DNA of 21,910 nt from Candidatus Hadarchaeota archaeon (GCA_964621445.1 CAZUNO010000006.1:1-21910); one strand, 5' to 3'. Counted from the stretch's first letter, positions 1 through 9,716 are shown. The notes: generated from the sequence alone by a model not told the origin. Program-made: numbers and translations.

Positions 1-1
1 G

Positions 2-265
2 GCCGGTGTTGCTTTCGTGAAAGGCCTGCTGGAGCTTGCACGTGAAGACCTGGCCTGGGCCCGGTCCCAGGGCATTGAGGTGGAGTCCGATGAAAGAAAG
101 CTGGTTATGGCTGGAAAGGTGGTAGAGGCCGGAAAATATGTTCAGGCAGAGAGGTACTGTCAACAGGTGATGGAACATATCGCCGAGTTGCCTATCCAAT
201 CCCTACTCTCATTGTTAATTCCTTTTTACCTCCTATTCAGGAAAAAAGGAACTTCTGATAGGTAA
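2..265 (+). CDS. 3' end of a membrane-anchored surface protein (5'-truncated by the window edge): helical stalk plus C-terminal hydrophobic anchor and basic tail
   Basis: The frame is open from position 2 (AGVAFVKGLLELAREDL...). An amphipathic helical segment is followed by IAELPIQSLLSLLIPFYLLF-RKK, a short motif, hydrophobic stretch and basic cluster. Confidence 0.7.
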   Translation, partial: AGVAFVKGLLELAREDLAWARSQGIEVESDERKLVMAGKVVEAGKYVQAERYCQQVMEHIAELPIQSLLSLLIPFYLLFRKKGTSDR

Positions 266-282
266 TTTGCCAGGGGCTGGGG

Positions 283-1572
283 CTAGTATTGCCATCTGGT
301 GGTCTCGACCTGCTTGTATAGTCTTCTCCTCACCATCAGGGTCCACAGAACGAAACCCGATAACAGCAGAATAGATGTAGTAACCAGCCAGTCAACGATA
401 TAGACCCAAAAAAGCGCGGTGTCCTTCAGTTCGGCGGCGCTGTCCTGGAGAAGCTTGAGTTCCTGCAATGCCTGGACCATTTCATCATGCGACGGTTCGA
501 AATCCATATCAAGATATAGATCCGCCGCCCCCGCCCTTATACCCTCGATCCGGCGAAGTTCCTGGTATTGGCTAGTTGGATCGGCCCCGAACTTCTCCGA
601 GAAATCAAGAAGGCTGATGAGGATGTTCTTCTGCAGGTTGAAGTCATACATGAGGCTCCTGAGTTCATGTATCTTGAACGCATCCTCGGGCAGCTTACGC
701 CCCACGCTGAACCAGATCACATTGGCCAAGATGTCCATGGAATAGGGGTTGGTGCGATAGCTGCCCCCTGGAGACCAGAAGTCGTTTCCCACCATGTCCC
801 TAAAGGTGAAGGTGATGGACCTATTCCACTTCCAGTAGAATACGTGGGCGATCTTGCCCGGCACGGGATGGCCCAGCCCCACGTTGTTCTCCGTGTATGA
901 GAGTATGACGGACCCCGGCTTGGGAACGGTGTTCATCCCGTGGTAGTTCTGGAAGATCGGCTCGATCTTCTCCTTGTAGGCCTTCATTATGTTGGGCAGT
1001 CCCCGTTCATCTCGAATCGTTAAAGGACCAGGCTCACCCATCTTGTTCTCGATATCATCCACGACCGCGGCGACATCGTTGGGGAAGGCGTCGGAGAGCA
1101 TGCTGTCCCTCCATGGGATGTGGTAGACCGCGTGCATGCTCATTATGCTCCTTGTGTTCACCCCGCCCTTCTCATGTTGGGTGAGGGCATCATAGAGCCA
1201 TCTCTGCTGTTTGGGGCTGACGTAGGCCAGGTCAACCTGGGCCATGAAGAAGTGATCGTACTGGAGCAGGTCCTGGTAGTTCCGGGGAAAGTAGATGCGC
1301 ATGTATCTTTTTAGATCCGAGCCGGACACGGTTCCCGCGGTTCTGGTCGGTATGATGAGCGGATCGGTGGATGGCTCGGTCGTGAACCACTGGGCGAGGA
1401 TGGGGGTTGAGGACGATTTACCTGTCCCGATCACCTTGATCTTTCTCGGTCCGTCCTCTCCCAGAGAGATTGATGGAGCTATTAGTAGAATCAGCAGCAG
1501 AATTATCAGGGTCTTTAACCTCGCTGACTTACTGCATCTAGGGGTACAACGTTTCAGTATCCTAAATATCAA
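283..1572 (-). CDS. Uncharacterised type-I membrane protein with GATase1-like (DUF1355/PF07090-like) domain, paralog 1 of 3
   Basis: 429 aa ORF with signal peptide TLIILLLILLIAPSISLG. It contains YFPRNYQDLLQYD, similar to the FPxxxEELxxYD motif of GATase1-like domains, and ends in ALFWVYIVDWL...LWTLMVRRRLYKQV, shared with the ORFs at 14917 and 21063. The exact start (TTG 1572) is uncertain. Confidence 0.85.
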   Translation of the reverse strand: MIFRILKRCTPRCSKSARLKTLIILLLILLIAPSISLGEDGPRKIKVIGTGKSSSTPILAQWFTTEPSTDPLIIPTRTAGTVSGSDLKRYMRIYFPRNYQDLLQYDHFFMAQVDLAYVSPKQQRWLYDALTQHEKGGVNTRSIMSMHAVYHIPWRDSMLSDAFPNDVAAVVDDIENKMGEPGPLTIRDERGLPNIMKAYKEKIEPIFQNYHGMNTVPKPGSVILSYTENNVGLGHPVPGKIAHVFYWKWNRSITFTFRDMVGNDFWSPGGSYRTNPYSMDILANVIWFSVGRKLPEDAFKIHELRSLMYDFNLQKNILISLLDFSEKFGADPTSQYQELRRIEGIRAGAADLYLDMDFEPSHDEMVQALQELKLLQDSAAELKDTALFWVYIVDWLVTTSILLLSGFVLWTLMVRRRLYKQVETTRWQY

Positions 1573-1697
1573 GAAAATCGACGGAATCAGGGTTTAAGCT
1601 ATACCTAATTTATCTTGCACTTTCTGCGCCACAGCGAAATGATGGGCTAATAAGAAATTTGCCCTGGTCCCTTGATACTGCAGTATGTGAATGGCGA

Positions 1698-1709
1698 TTT
1701 ATTTTTAAG
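1698..1709 (+). promoter_or_regulatory. Putative archaeal TATA box for the beta-helix gene
   Basis: TTTATTTTTAAG lies about 25-36 nt upstream of ATG 1734. Confidence 0.4.
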
Positions 1710-1733
1710 AAATTAGATAGGCAACCGGTGGTA

Positions 1734-3611
1734 ATGAATTTCTGGTATTTTCCTTCGGCTATCATCCTCTTAATATTCCTGATTTCAGCCCAGGGCATGG
1801 CCCTGGAGTTGCCGGTCTCGGGGGACATGTTGGTTCTGACCGAGAGCATGAACTTGACCATTGAATCGGGTGAGGTGGCCACCATGAATGGTACCCTGGT
1901 GGTAAATGGAACCCCGGGAGGAGAGCTGGTTCTTCGCGTGATTAACAGGGGTAACTTGACTATTGATGGAGGTTACTTCCTGTGCCAAAACGGGAATATA
2001 TCGATCCAGAACCATGGCCTGATCGAGGGTTTCGGGGCCAATCTTAGCTCCCGGATAGGAGGCAATGTTTCCCTCATTAACCAAGGAGAGATCGAGAACT
2101 TAATTCTTAACCTATCAAGTTTTGACGGTGGATTTACCGGATTCGTGAACCGGGGAAGGTTCTTTTCCAACATCTCGACAATCGCAAAAACGGACTTTGA
2201 ACTCGCTATCAATAACAGAGGTGGAGCAATATTCATGGAGAACTGGGGGGAATTTAGGCCGCTTTCAACCAACATCGATACCGCTTCCGATGGAAATTCT
2301 GAATTCGTGAACAGGGGAAATGCTACTCTTGGCAACCTGAATTTGCACACCGCTACTTCGGGAAATCTCAGGATCCTGAACAGTGCTCAGGCCTACGTGA
2401 ATAACATACAGGCATATACCACGCGTTTGGGGAGGTTGGTTATCGTGAATCATGGGAACCTGACCGTGAATAACGGGAACCTCCAGACCTACGATGCCCA
2501 TGCACTGGTCGAGAACCATCTGGATTTATTCGTGAATAATCTGTTCGTTAAATCCCAGACCGATGATGGGTCACAAGAGCCTGGAACTCTGCTGAGAGAC
2601 TATGGAGAGGCGTTTATAAACAACATATCCATTGTATCCAACGGCGCGAAAGGCAATAGCACCCTGCATTGTGTTGGTAACACCAGAGTAAATAACTGCA
2701 ATATTGATGCCAATTACGGGGGTCTAATCGCCATTTCCTTGGGGGAGGGCTGGAACCTCAGCCTTGGAAATGCGAATTTTGATGCCAGTGGCTCTTCTCA
2801 TGGCAAGCAGTCCACCATCCGGATGCTGGAACACGGGGATATCTATTTGGGTAACCTGAATGTGAAGAATAATCGTGGTTGGATAGACTTTATTCATAAC
2901 GGCACCGGTTACATCGGAAACCAGAAAATCATCACCAGTGGAAGCGGGGCCCTGACCTCCGTGGTTTATGGCGGGAACTACTCATCCAATAATCTCCATG
3001 CACAGACCATGGGAGGCAATTTGCATTGTCATATGGCAAATGGAGACTTCAACAATTTCGGGTTCGAGGATGTAAACGATTACACCAGGATTTGGACCGA
3101 CGGGCCGGAAATTAACAACCTAATGGTGGTGGCTAGGGGAGGGGATGGCCAAATCGATATGAGCTTCTCGGGCTTTACCCACCTAAATTCCTTTAGTATC
3201 AGGGCTTTAATGGGAGCCTCGGTGAATTACACCGCGGAAAACACAAGTATTGATGAGATGTCAGTTGAGGCCTCGGGCACGGACAAGGGATCTGAAGCCA
3301 GTATTGGCATGTTCAATGACCAGGGCGTGGTAATTGAAGAGGTGGATGTGGTGGGCTTCGAGAATTCGGAGTTCAGGAATCTGACCATGCCCAATGGGAC
3401 TCAAAACTTGACATTCCTGTTCCCGGAGGGCGGCATTAACCTGGTGAGTACCAATTCAAGCATCCAGATAGAACAGTCCTTGGCCGTCCCCCTGCTTGTT
3501 CTACTCCTGCTGCTTGGTTATGGGGTTCTTCGGGAAAGGCATTCCAGGTCTGGTCCGCTTCAAGTGATACATGTTGGGAGAGATGGCGCTCAATATCCTC
3601 AGCAGTATTAA
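1734..3611 (+). CDS. Secreted, C-terminally anchored Asn/Gly-rich beta-helix (solenoid) surface glycoprotein
   Basis: Preferred start is ATG 1734, preceded by GGTGG, giving signal peptide MNFWYFPSAIILLIFLISAQGMA. There are about 20 imperfect 22-23 aa repeats (e.g. LRVINRGNLTID, SEFVNRGNATLGNLN, LVIVNHGNLTVNNGN) and about 20 N-x-S/T sequons. C-terminal TM is AVPLLVLLLLLGYGVL followed by RER. Confidence 0.8.
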   Translation: MNFWYFPSAIILLIFLISAQGMALELPVSGDMLVLTESMNLTIESGEVATMNGTLVVNGTPGGELVLRVINRGNLTIDGGYFLCQNGNISIQNHGLIEGFGANLSSRIGGNVSLINQGEIENLILNLSSFDGGFTGFVNRGRFFSNISTIAKTDFELAINNRGGAIFMENWGEFRPLSTNIDTASDGNSEFVNRGNATLGNLNLHTATSGNLRILNSAQAYVNNIQAYTTRLGRLVIVNHGNLTVNNGNLQTYDAHALVENHLDLFVNNLFVKSQTDDGSQEPGTLLRDYGEAFINNISIVSNGAKGNSTLHCVGNTRVNNCNIDANYGGLIAISLGEGWNLSLGNANFDASGSSHGKQSTIRMLEHGDIYLGNLNVKNNRGWIDFIHNGTGYIGNQKIITSGSGALTSVVYGGNYSSNNLHAQTMGGNLHCHMANGDFNNFGFEDVNDYTRIWTDGPEINNLMVVARGGDGQIDMSFSGFTHLNSFSIRALMGASVNYTAENTSIDEMSVEASGTDKGSEASIGMFNDQGVVIEEVDVVGFENSEFRNLTMPNGTQNLTFLFPEGGINLVSTNSSIQIEQSLAVPLLVLLLLLGYGVLRERHSRSGPLQVIHVGRDGAQYPQQY

Positions 3612-4981
3612 CCATAGAAGAATTGTGCCGTGGCCCGACAATCCTGGCTGGGGGTTATCCTGACCCAGTGGGCGGAGAACCCGTCCGGGAACTCGTGGTG
3701 ATGATAGTCATCTACCGTGATCCGGTCATACTCCTTCCAGGTCCCGTTTCCCAGGAAGTCAACCTCGATCTTGAATTCCACGGGATTCGGAGAGTCATGG
3801 CTCAGATGGACCACTTTCTTATCGAATCCGGTCATGAGGAAGGGGTCCGAGGTCTCCCCTGCCTTGACCTCCGTCTGCCACCATGGCCCTCCCCACCCGG
3901 ATGGCTTCCCCTTCTGCCAGAGATCATCGATGGAGCCAAACCACAGCCCGGACTGCGGCTGGCCCTCATCGTGGTCGATCTGGTCGCCGGCCAGTACCAG
4001 AAGGCCCCTCCAGTAGCAGAAATCGGGGATGATCCTCAGGTGTGCGCAGATTGGCCGGATTCCCCACAGATGGCCTTGGTAGTTGAAGGGCGGAAACTCG
4101 TACATCATTCCCTGAATGTCCATCAGGAACCGCTCGGTCTGGGCGTGGCGGATACGCATCCATTCCGTGTTCCAGGTGTGGTCGAAGCATTGGCTGGCCT
4201 TGGGCAGGAGGTATCTTGACCACGCTCCCCCCGAGAACACGCGCAGAATGGCAGAGGACCTGGACCACCCGGTGGCATACAGGTTTGGTCCACCGTACCG
4301 TGGACTCCCGCCTCCGCCGGCTCCCACGAATGGATTTCTCTCGATGATCTCCCAATCCTGCCCATCGAACTGGGCCAGACGCCCGGCGCTTCTGGTCCCC
4401 AGGAACTCTGGTTCCTCGTACACGTTATTGGTGACGATCAGCCTGTCGCCGGCACAGAACCCGTCCTTGAAGTGTGGAGGGCAATCCCCGGGTATTCCAA
4501 GTTCGTGCACCAGGTCATAAAGCTTCCTGGCCTGTAGGCTTTCAACGTCGACCTCGTAAAGAAGCCCTTCCATGGTCAGGAAGTACACCTTGTCCTCCGG
4601 GGAATCGAGATGGGTGATGGTGGCCGCCAGCCTATGGTCCTTTAGTTCCTCTATTGTTCTCACCGTGCCCTGGGAATCGATGGCGTGGGGCCCTATAAAC
4701 GCCTGGTCGGATGGCCAGTGGACCAGGCGGTTGGCAAAGGTGCCGGTCACTGAGTGGGGATGTTTCATGAGCTCCATGTCCTCGTCAAGTTCGTACAGGC
4801 CCAGCCCCCGACCCTTTATGTGGGATACGTAACCCACCATCCACAGCCTATCTGCCCATGGGATGAGCGCGCCGATTCCGGCCTCACTCCGGCTCCCGGT
4901 GCCCGGAGCCATGATAGATACTCTTGGAAATACTCCACCTACGTGGAGATCGTTCGTTCCCCTCTCCTTATCATCTGGCAT
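3608..4981 (-). CDS. Conserved hypothetical Trp/His-rich protein, probably beta-rich (propeller-like) with a small C-terminal beta-sandwich
   Basis: Long ORF (465 aa from TTG 5005; ATG 4981 preferred). Motifs GIGALIPWADRLW, GTFANRLVH, PHFK, HTWNTEWMRIR and GGPW...SDPFLMTGFDKK resemble, from memory, a family of bacterial hypothetical proteins. No signal peptide. Overlaps the convergent gene by 4 nt. Confidence 0.75.
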   Translation of the reverse strand: MPDDKERGTNDLHVGGVFPRVSIMAPGTGSRSEAGIGALIPWADRLWMVGYVSHIKGRGLGLYELDEDMELMKHPHSVTGTFANRLVHWPSDQAFIGPHAIDSQGTVRTIEELKDHRLAATITHLDSPEDKVYFLTMEGLLYEVDVESLQARKLYDLVHELGIPGDCPPHFKDGFCAGDRLIVTNNVYEEPEFLGTRSAGRLAQFDGQDWEIIERNPFVGAGGGGSPRYGGPNLYATGWSRSSAILRVFSGGAWSRYLLPKASQCFDHTWNTEWMRIRHAQTERFLMDIQGMMYEFPPFNYQGHLWGIRPICAHLRIIPDFCYWRGLLVLAGDQIDHDEGQPQSGLWFGSIDDLWQKGKPSGWGGPWWQTEVKAGETSDPFLMTGFDKKVVHLSHDSPNPVEFKIEVDFLGNGTWKEYDRITVDDYHHHEFPDGFSAHWVRITPSQDCRATAQFFYG

Positions 4982-5035
4982 GTTCAGGGTGATTTCCTTG
5001 ACCAATATGAATTCTTCGGCTCGGGATGGAATACT

Positions 5036-6421
5036 TTAGGAGGACAGCTTGCTACGGGTGCTCTCCAGGGCCTCCAGGAAGATCTCCAGCCCCCTGTCAG
5101 CCATTTCCCTGGTTAAAACCAGCGGGGGTAGGAACCTTACCACGTTTCTGTAGTGGCCCCCAAGCTCCACCAGCAGGCCTCTCCTGTATGACTCGAGTCG
5201 CACCTCTCTGGCCATCTCCGGCCATGGCTTCCTGGTATCTGGATCGGCAACAAACTCTATCCCTATCATGAGGCCCCTTCCCCTGATATCGCCCATGCAC
5301 GGGAACCCGTCCCCATTCCTGTTCAGGAATTTCCTCATGTGATTGCCAAGTTCCCCCGCGTGCTTGGGGAGCCGGTTATTCATCGTGAATTCAAGGGCGG
5401 CAACCCCGGCTGCCATTCCCGTTAGGTGGCCCCTGAAGGTCCCGAGATGATCTCCCGGCTCCCATCTGTCCACGTCCCTGTGATATATTATGGCCGATAA
5501 TGGAAGACCGCCGCCCAGCCCCTTGGAGATGGTCATTATATCGGGCTCAACCTCGAAGTGCTCACATGACCACATGGCTCCCGTGCGGCCCATGCCCGCC
5601 TGTATCTCGTCCACCACCAGCGGGATCTCCTGCTCCCGGGTAATGGACCCTATTCTCTCCACGAATTCCGGAGGGGGGACTATCGATCCCCCTTCACCCT
5701 GGATGGGCTCTACTATCACCGCCGCGGGATCGCTAATACCCGAGTGGGGGTCGCGGAGGGCCTCCTCCAGATAGGAAGCGCATCCAGTTCCACACCCTGG
5801 GTATTCAAGCCCTAGGGGGCATCGATAGCAGTAGGAATATGGCATGAAGTGCACATCGGGTAGCATGGGAAGGTATTTCTTCTTGAGAGCTCGGTCCGAG
5901 GTAAGGCTGAGGGCGCCGGCCGTCATTCCGTGATAACCCCCGGCGAAGGAGATAATGGAGGTCCCTTGGCTATTCAGCTTGGCCAGCTTGATGGCCGATT
6001 CAACGGCATCGGACCCGGTAGGACCACCGAATAGGGTCCTGCTCCACCCTCTCATTGATTCGGGCGCAATCCCATCTAGTATCTCCACCAGCTTGATTCT
6101 CAGCGGGTGGGGAAAATCAAGGGAGTGGGTCAGCTGACATGTCTGGTCCCTCACCGCCTCCATGACCTGGGGATTGCAGTGGCCGACATTGAGCACCCCG
6201 GCACCACCGAAAAAGTCCAGGAAGAGGTTGCCGTCCGCGTCCTTGAGGGTTGCTCCTCGACCGGCCACAAAGGCGGCGGGGATGCCTCTGGGGTAACAGA
6301 CCGCGTTTCCCTCCAGTTCCTCCTGTCTGTGCAGGAGTTCTCTTGATCTGGGGCCTGGCAGGCTGCCCTTTACCCTTGGGGCCTGGGGATAGCTCAATTC
6401 ATGGAAAGACCGCTGACTCAT
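5036..6421 (-). CDS. Class III PLP-dependent aminotransferase, closest by motifs to diaminobutyrate--2-oxoglutarate aminotransferase (Dat-like)
   Basis: Motifs DADGNLFLDFFGGAGVLNVGH, GPTGSDAVESAIKLA, GGYHGMT, EPIQGEGG, DEIQAGMGRTG, SKGLGGG (PLP lysine) and WEPGDHLGTFRG. Confidence 0.9.
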   Translation of the reverse strand: MSQRSFHELSYPQAPRVKGSLPGPRSRELLHRQEELEGNAVCYPRGIPAAFVAGRGATLKDADGNLFLDFFGGAGVLNVGHCNPQVMEAVRDQTCQLTHSLDFPHPLRIKLVEILDGIAPESMRGWSRTLFGGPTGSDAVESAIKLAKLNSQGTSIISFAGGYHGMTAGALSLTSDRALKKKYLPMLPDVHFMPYSYCYRCPLGLEYPGCGTGCASYLEEALRDPHSGISDPAAVIVEPIQGEGGSIVPPPEFVERIGSITREQEIPLVVDEIQAGMGRTGAMWSCEHFEVEPDIMTISKGLGGGLPLSAIIYHRDVDRWEPGDHLGTFRGHLTGMAAGVAALEFTMNNRLPKHAGELGNHMRKFLNRNGDGFPCMGDIRGRGLMIGIEFVADPDTRKPWPEMAREVRLESYRRGLLVELGGHYRNVVRFLPPLVLTREMADRGLEIFLEALESTRSKLSS

Positions 6422-6446
6422 GGGCTGTGTGTGGGGGTGATACTCC

Positions 6447-6452
6447 TTATAT
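6447..6452 (-). promoter_or_regulatory. Putative TATA box (ATATAA) for the aminotransferase
   Basis: On the minus strand it lies 26-31 nt upstream of ATG 6421, and there is no Shine-Dalgarno at normal spacing. Confidence 0.45.
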
Positions 6453-6498
6453 CGGTTGGGTCATCTTTCCCTGATTTCCAAAAGCAGGAACCATGTGG

Positions 6499-7857
6499 CT
6501 AGATGATGACCGAGCCGTTACGGGCCATGGTATCCCTGAGCTCCTCCTGGTCCACATCTCCCACCGGCTTGTTGCTCTGTAGCGCAAGATAACATGCTGT
6601 TCCGGCGGCTTCACCGGTTTGATTGCAGTTGACCATGACCCTTACCGCGCCGAAGGCACCACGGTCCGCGTCCATGCATCGACCGCAGACCAGGAGGTTA
6701 ACCGCCTTTCGGGGTACTAGAGATGCATACGGTATCTGGTAAAAGGTGGCATGGTCCTCTTCGATTTCCTTCCATCTCCCGGTCTCCCTCTCACCATTGG
6801 GCCTAGCAAGGACCTCCCTGCCGTCGAGATACCGGAAGATGACCCCTGGCCGATCATTCAGGTGAATATCTACTCTGTAGCTCCCATTGGCTACGGCATC
6901 ATCGAATTGGACTCCTCCCAGTACCTCGTCCTGGGTCAGACGGTGCAGGCATCTTGCATGTCTGGTCTCCCTTATGCCGATTCTCGATGGTAGAGCGACC
7001 AGGGGACTCATCTGGTTCCTGGGTAGGTTTTCCTGGATTATGGAGCACAGTGCCCTTATCTGGCGGCGACCCTCCATCTCGGCTTTGGTGAGCTGGTCGG
7101 CATCGCTGCAGTCGGCACTGATTCTGGTGCCCGCGATCATCTTGCTCTCCCCGGGGCCGGGCACCGGCGCCCACCAGATAAAGCCCGAGGGGAGGTCGGT
7201 CTGGCATTCGGATTTTGCCATTAGTCTTCTTATGGAGACCCGTTCCCGGCCCGAAGGTATTTGCTCGGGGAGGTTGAGAATGGCACAGCTGGTAGCGGGC
7301 TGCATCTGGGGTCTCTTATAGCATTCCAGGCCAGCTTTGGCAACCAGGGCTGCATCCCCGGTGGCATCAATAAAGTATGAGGCTTCCAGTGCCCTTCTCC
7401 CCGTCTTGTCCTCTATTATGGCCGCCTCTATACCGTCCTTTTGGGTTATCGCGTTGACGAATCTCGAATGGAGAAAGGGACGGACGCCTTCCTGAACCAG
7501 TAGTTCGTCAAGTTCGATGGCCAATTCAGCTGAATTGAACACGTAATAGTCCGGGGCGTTCTCCGGATCTCTGTATATCAGGGCACCTCTTTTATCCAGC
7601 CGCTCTATGACCTCCAGGGTCAGCCCTCCTACGATCTCCATCTGGCCTTCGCTGTCCTTGAGGGAGTGCCAGACATTGGTCAGGCTGGCCGTTGCAGTTC
7701 CGCCGAAGAAACCCTGGTTCTCGATTATGGCGACCTTTGCCCCCAACCTGGCGGCCCTGATTGCGGCGAATACCCCCGTGCAACCACCGCCAATAACGCA
7801 GATGTCATATTGGTCCACGATGGGGATCTCTCTTGCCGGTTCGGATAGGTAACCCAT
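6499..7857 (-). CDS. FAD-dependent oxidoreductase (FAD_oxidored/PF12831-like)
   Basis: YDICVIGGGCTGVFAAIRAARLGAKVAIIE (Rossmann GxGxxG), GGTAT, FIDATGDA, GIRETR, YQIPYASLVP, NLLVCGRC, RVMVNCNQTGEAAG. ATG 7857 is preferred over 7893. Confidence 0.9.
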   Translation of the reverse strand: MGYLSEPAREIPIVDQYDICVIGGGCTGVFAAIRAARLGAKVAIIENQGFFGGTATASLTNVWHSLKDSEGQMEIVGGLTLEVIERLDKRGALIYRDPENAPDYYVFNSAELAIELDELLVQEGVRPFLHSRFVNAITQKDGIEAAIIEDKTGRRALEASYFIDATGDAALVAKAGLECYKRPQMQPATSCAILNLPEQIPSGRERVSIRRLMAKSECQTDLPSGFIWWAPVPGPGESKMIAGTRISADCSDADQLTKAEMEGRRQIRALCSIIQENLPRNQMSPLVALPSRIGIRETRHARCLHRLTQDEVLGGVQFDDAVANGSYRVDIHLNDRPGVIFRYLDGREVLARPNGERETGRWKEIEEDHATFYQIPYASLVPRKAVNLLVCGRCMDADRGAFGAVRVMVNCNQTGEAAGTACYLALQSNKPVGDVDQEELRDTMARNGSVII

Positions 7858-7997
7858 GCTGGCCCTCTGAAATTTTTTGGGCGGTCCATTCATATTAATT
7901 GATTCGAGATGGGCTGGCCTGGTCTTGAGTCATGTTCGCCTCCCTCTCGAAAGAGTTTTCTTGCCATTTTCCCGAATGTGAGGGTAAGTGTGAAAAA

Positions 7998-9710
7998 ATG
8001 AGATCCGAAAAGGATTTGATAGGCCTTCTCAACAGGATCGATGGTAAGGGATATGGGGCCTACAAGCAACTGAAGGGAGCATATGAGATTGGTGACTTCG
8101 AGCTCTTTGTGGATTATGTCCAGGGAGATCCCTATGCTGCCCCGTCACGGTTCAGGGTAAGGATGGGCCAGAACAAGGCCGGCTTCCCTTCCGATCTTTA
8201 CCAAAAAGAGATCCGGAAAATTGCACTTGAGGACTACGTAACCAGGAGGTTTGGCCGGCAGGCCAGGTCAATCGCCAGGGGAAACCGGGGTTCAGGTAAA
8301 TCAGGACTAATACAGGTCGCGGATTACGGCCAGGCCGTGCTGCCCAGGACTTCCTGCATGGTAAACGAGGATTTCGTGGAGGTAACCTTCGCCGTTGGAT
8401 TGCCCGCCCGGGGGAGACGTCCACAATCAAGGGTCCAGGCCAAGGAAATGATCTTCGATGAAATGGTGAACATAGCCTCTAGTTCCCTTCTCTATCCAAA
8501 CCTGGAGGAGGGAAAGGTCAAGGCACATGTGGAAACTGTGGAGGACGCGGAATTCATACGCCGTGGCCTGGAGGATAAGGAGCTGGTCGCATTCGTGGCC
8601 AATGGTTCGATACTGCCCAGGGAGTCGGGAATTGGGAACATGCCAATGGAAGGGGCGGAGGCCGTGGCCTTCCGATCCCCGGATAGCATGGAGGAGGTCT
8701 TTCAAACCCCCAATGGGGGAGAGGTGGCCGGCATGGGTATTCCGGAGGGAGTTACCCTCATAGTCGGTGGCGGTTATCACGGGAAGTCGACCCTTCTGGA
8801 TTCCTTCGCCCAGGCCGTTTACAGCCACATACCGGGAGACGGGAGGGGGCTGGTGATTAGCATCCCCGATTCGGTTGTTATCCGGGCCGAGGACGGCAGA
8901 TATGTGGAGAAGGCCGACATATCCACCTTTATCTCCAATGTGCCTTCTGGCCTAGATACGTCCAATTTCTCCACCGAGGATGCCTCCGGCTCGACCTCCC
9001 AGGCGGCAAATATAGTCGAGGCCCTGGAGGCCGGAGCACGGGCCTTGCTCATCGATGAGGATACCTCAGCCACCAATTTGATGATAAGGGACGAGAGGAT
9101 GCAGGAGCTGGTGGCCGAGGAGGACGAGCCCATAACCCCTCTGATTGACAGGATCGGGACCTTATACCGGGAGAAGGGGGTTTCATCCATACTTGTAATG
9201 GGCGGCTCGGGGGATTATTTCGACGTTGCTGACACCGTCATCCAGATGAAGGACTATATTCCCAGGGATGTTACCAGCAGAGCCAAGCAGATCGCAGAGA
9301 AATACCGCGCAGTGAGGAAAAGTGAAGGGAGCCCCCATATCGGTAGAATCAAGGGCAGGAAACCGGTGCCCAAATCAATAGACCCCAGGAAAAGGTCAGG
9401 AAAGGTGAAGATCAAGGCCAGAGGGATGGATTCCATACAGTTCGGATACCAGGATATAGATCTGTCGAGGATTCACCAAATCTCCGAGAGACCTCAGGCC
9501 CGGCTAATAGGTGATATCCTATTCTACATGGCGAAGGAGATCTTCGATGGTGAAACCACGGTTAGCCAGGGCCTTGACCAGGTGGAAACCATCAAGGACC
9601 GGAAGGGAATCCACGAGTTCACGCCCTATAATTCAGGAGACCTGGCCATGCCCAGAAGATACGAAATTGCTGCCGCACTCAATAGGCTAAGAAGCCTGGC
9701 CTGCAGGTAA
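7998..9710 (+). CDS. ABC-class ATPase domain protein (ABC_ATPase PF09818/COG3044-like; MRB1590-related)
   Basis: N-terminal IDGKGYGAYK...VQGDPYAAPS, FVANGSILPRESG, Walker A GGGYHGKST, IRAEDGR, ASGSTSQAA, Walker B LLIDEDTSATN, EPITP, GGSGDYFDVAD, C-terminal RRYEIAAALNRLR. ATG 7998 preferred. Confidence 0.9.
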   Translation: MRSEKDLIGLLNRIDGKGYGAYKQLKGAYEIGDFELFVDYVQGDPYAAPSRFRVRMGQNKAGFPSDLYQKEIRKIALEDYVTRRFGRQARSIARGNRGSGKSGLIQVADYGQAVLPRTSCMVNEDFVEVTFAVGLPARGRRPQSRVQAKEMIFDEMVNIASSSLLYPNLEEGKVKAHVETVEDAEFIRRGLEDKELVAFVANGSILPRESGIGNMPMEGAEAVAFRSPDSMEEVFQTPNGGEVAGMGIPEGVTLIVGGGYHGKSTLLDSFAQAVYSHIPGDGRGLVISIPDSVVIRAEDGRYVEKADISTFISNVPSGLDTSNFSTEDASGSTSQAANIVEALEAGARALLIDEDTSATNLMIRDERMQELVAEEDEPITPLIDRIGTLYREKGVSSILVMGGSGDYFDVADTVIQMKDYIPRDVTSRAKQIAEKYRAVRKSEGSPHIGRIKGRKPVPKSIDPRKRSGKVKIKARGMDSIQFGYQDIDLSRIHQISERPQARLIGDILFYMAKEIFDGETTVSQGLDQVETIKDRKGIHEFTPYNSGDLAMPRRYEIAAALNRLRSLACR

Positions 9711-9716
9711 ATCCGT

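Noticed and set aside
3623-4219. 198-aa plus-strand ORF and the many other short ORFs nested in long genes
   Set aside because: They are antisense or alternate-frame shadows with no recognisable motifs.
7998-9710. The ATPase as an ABC transporter subunit
   Set aside because: It has no LSGGQ signature and no adjacent permease. Its motifs fit the soluble PF09818-type family.
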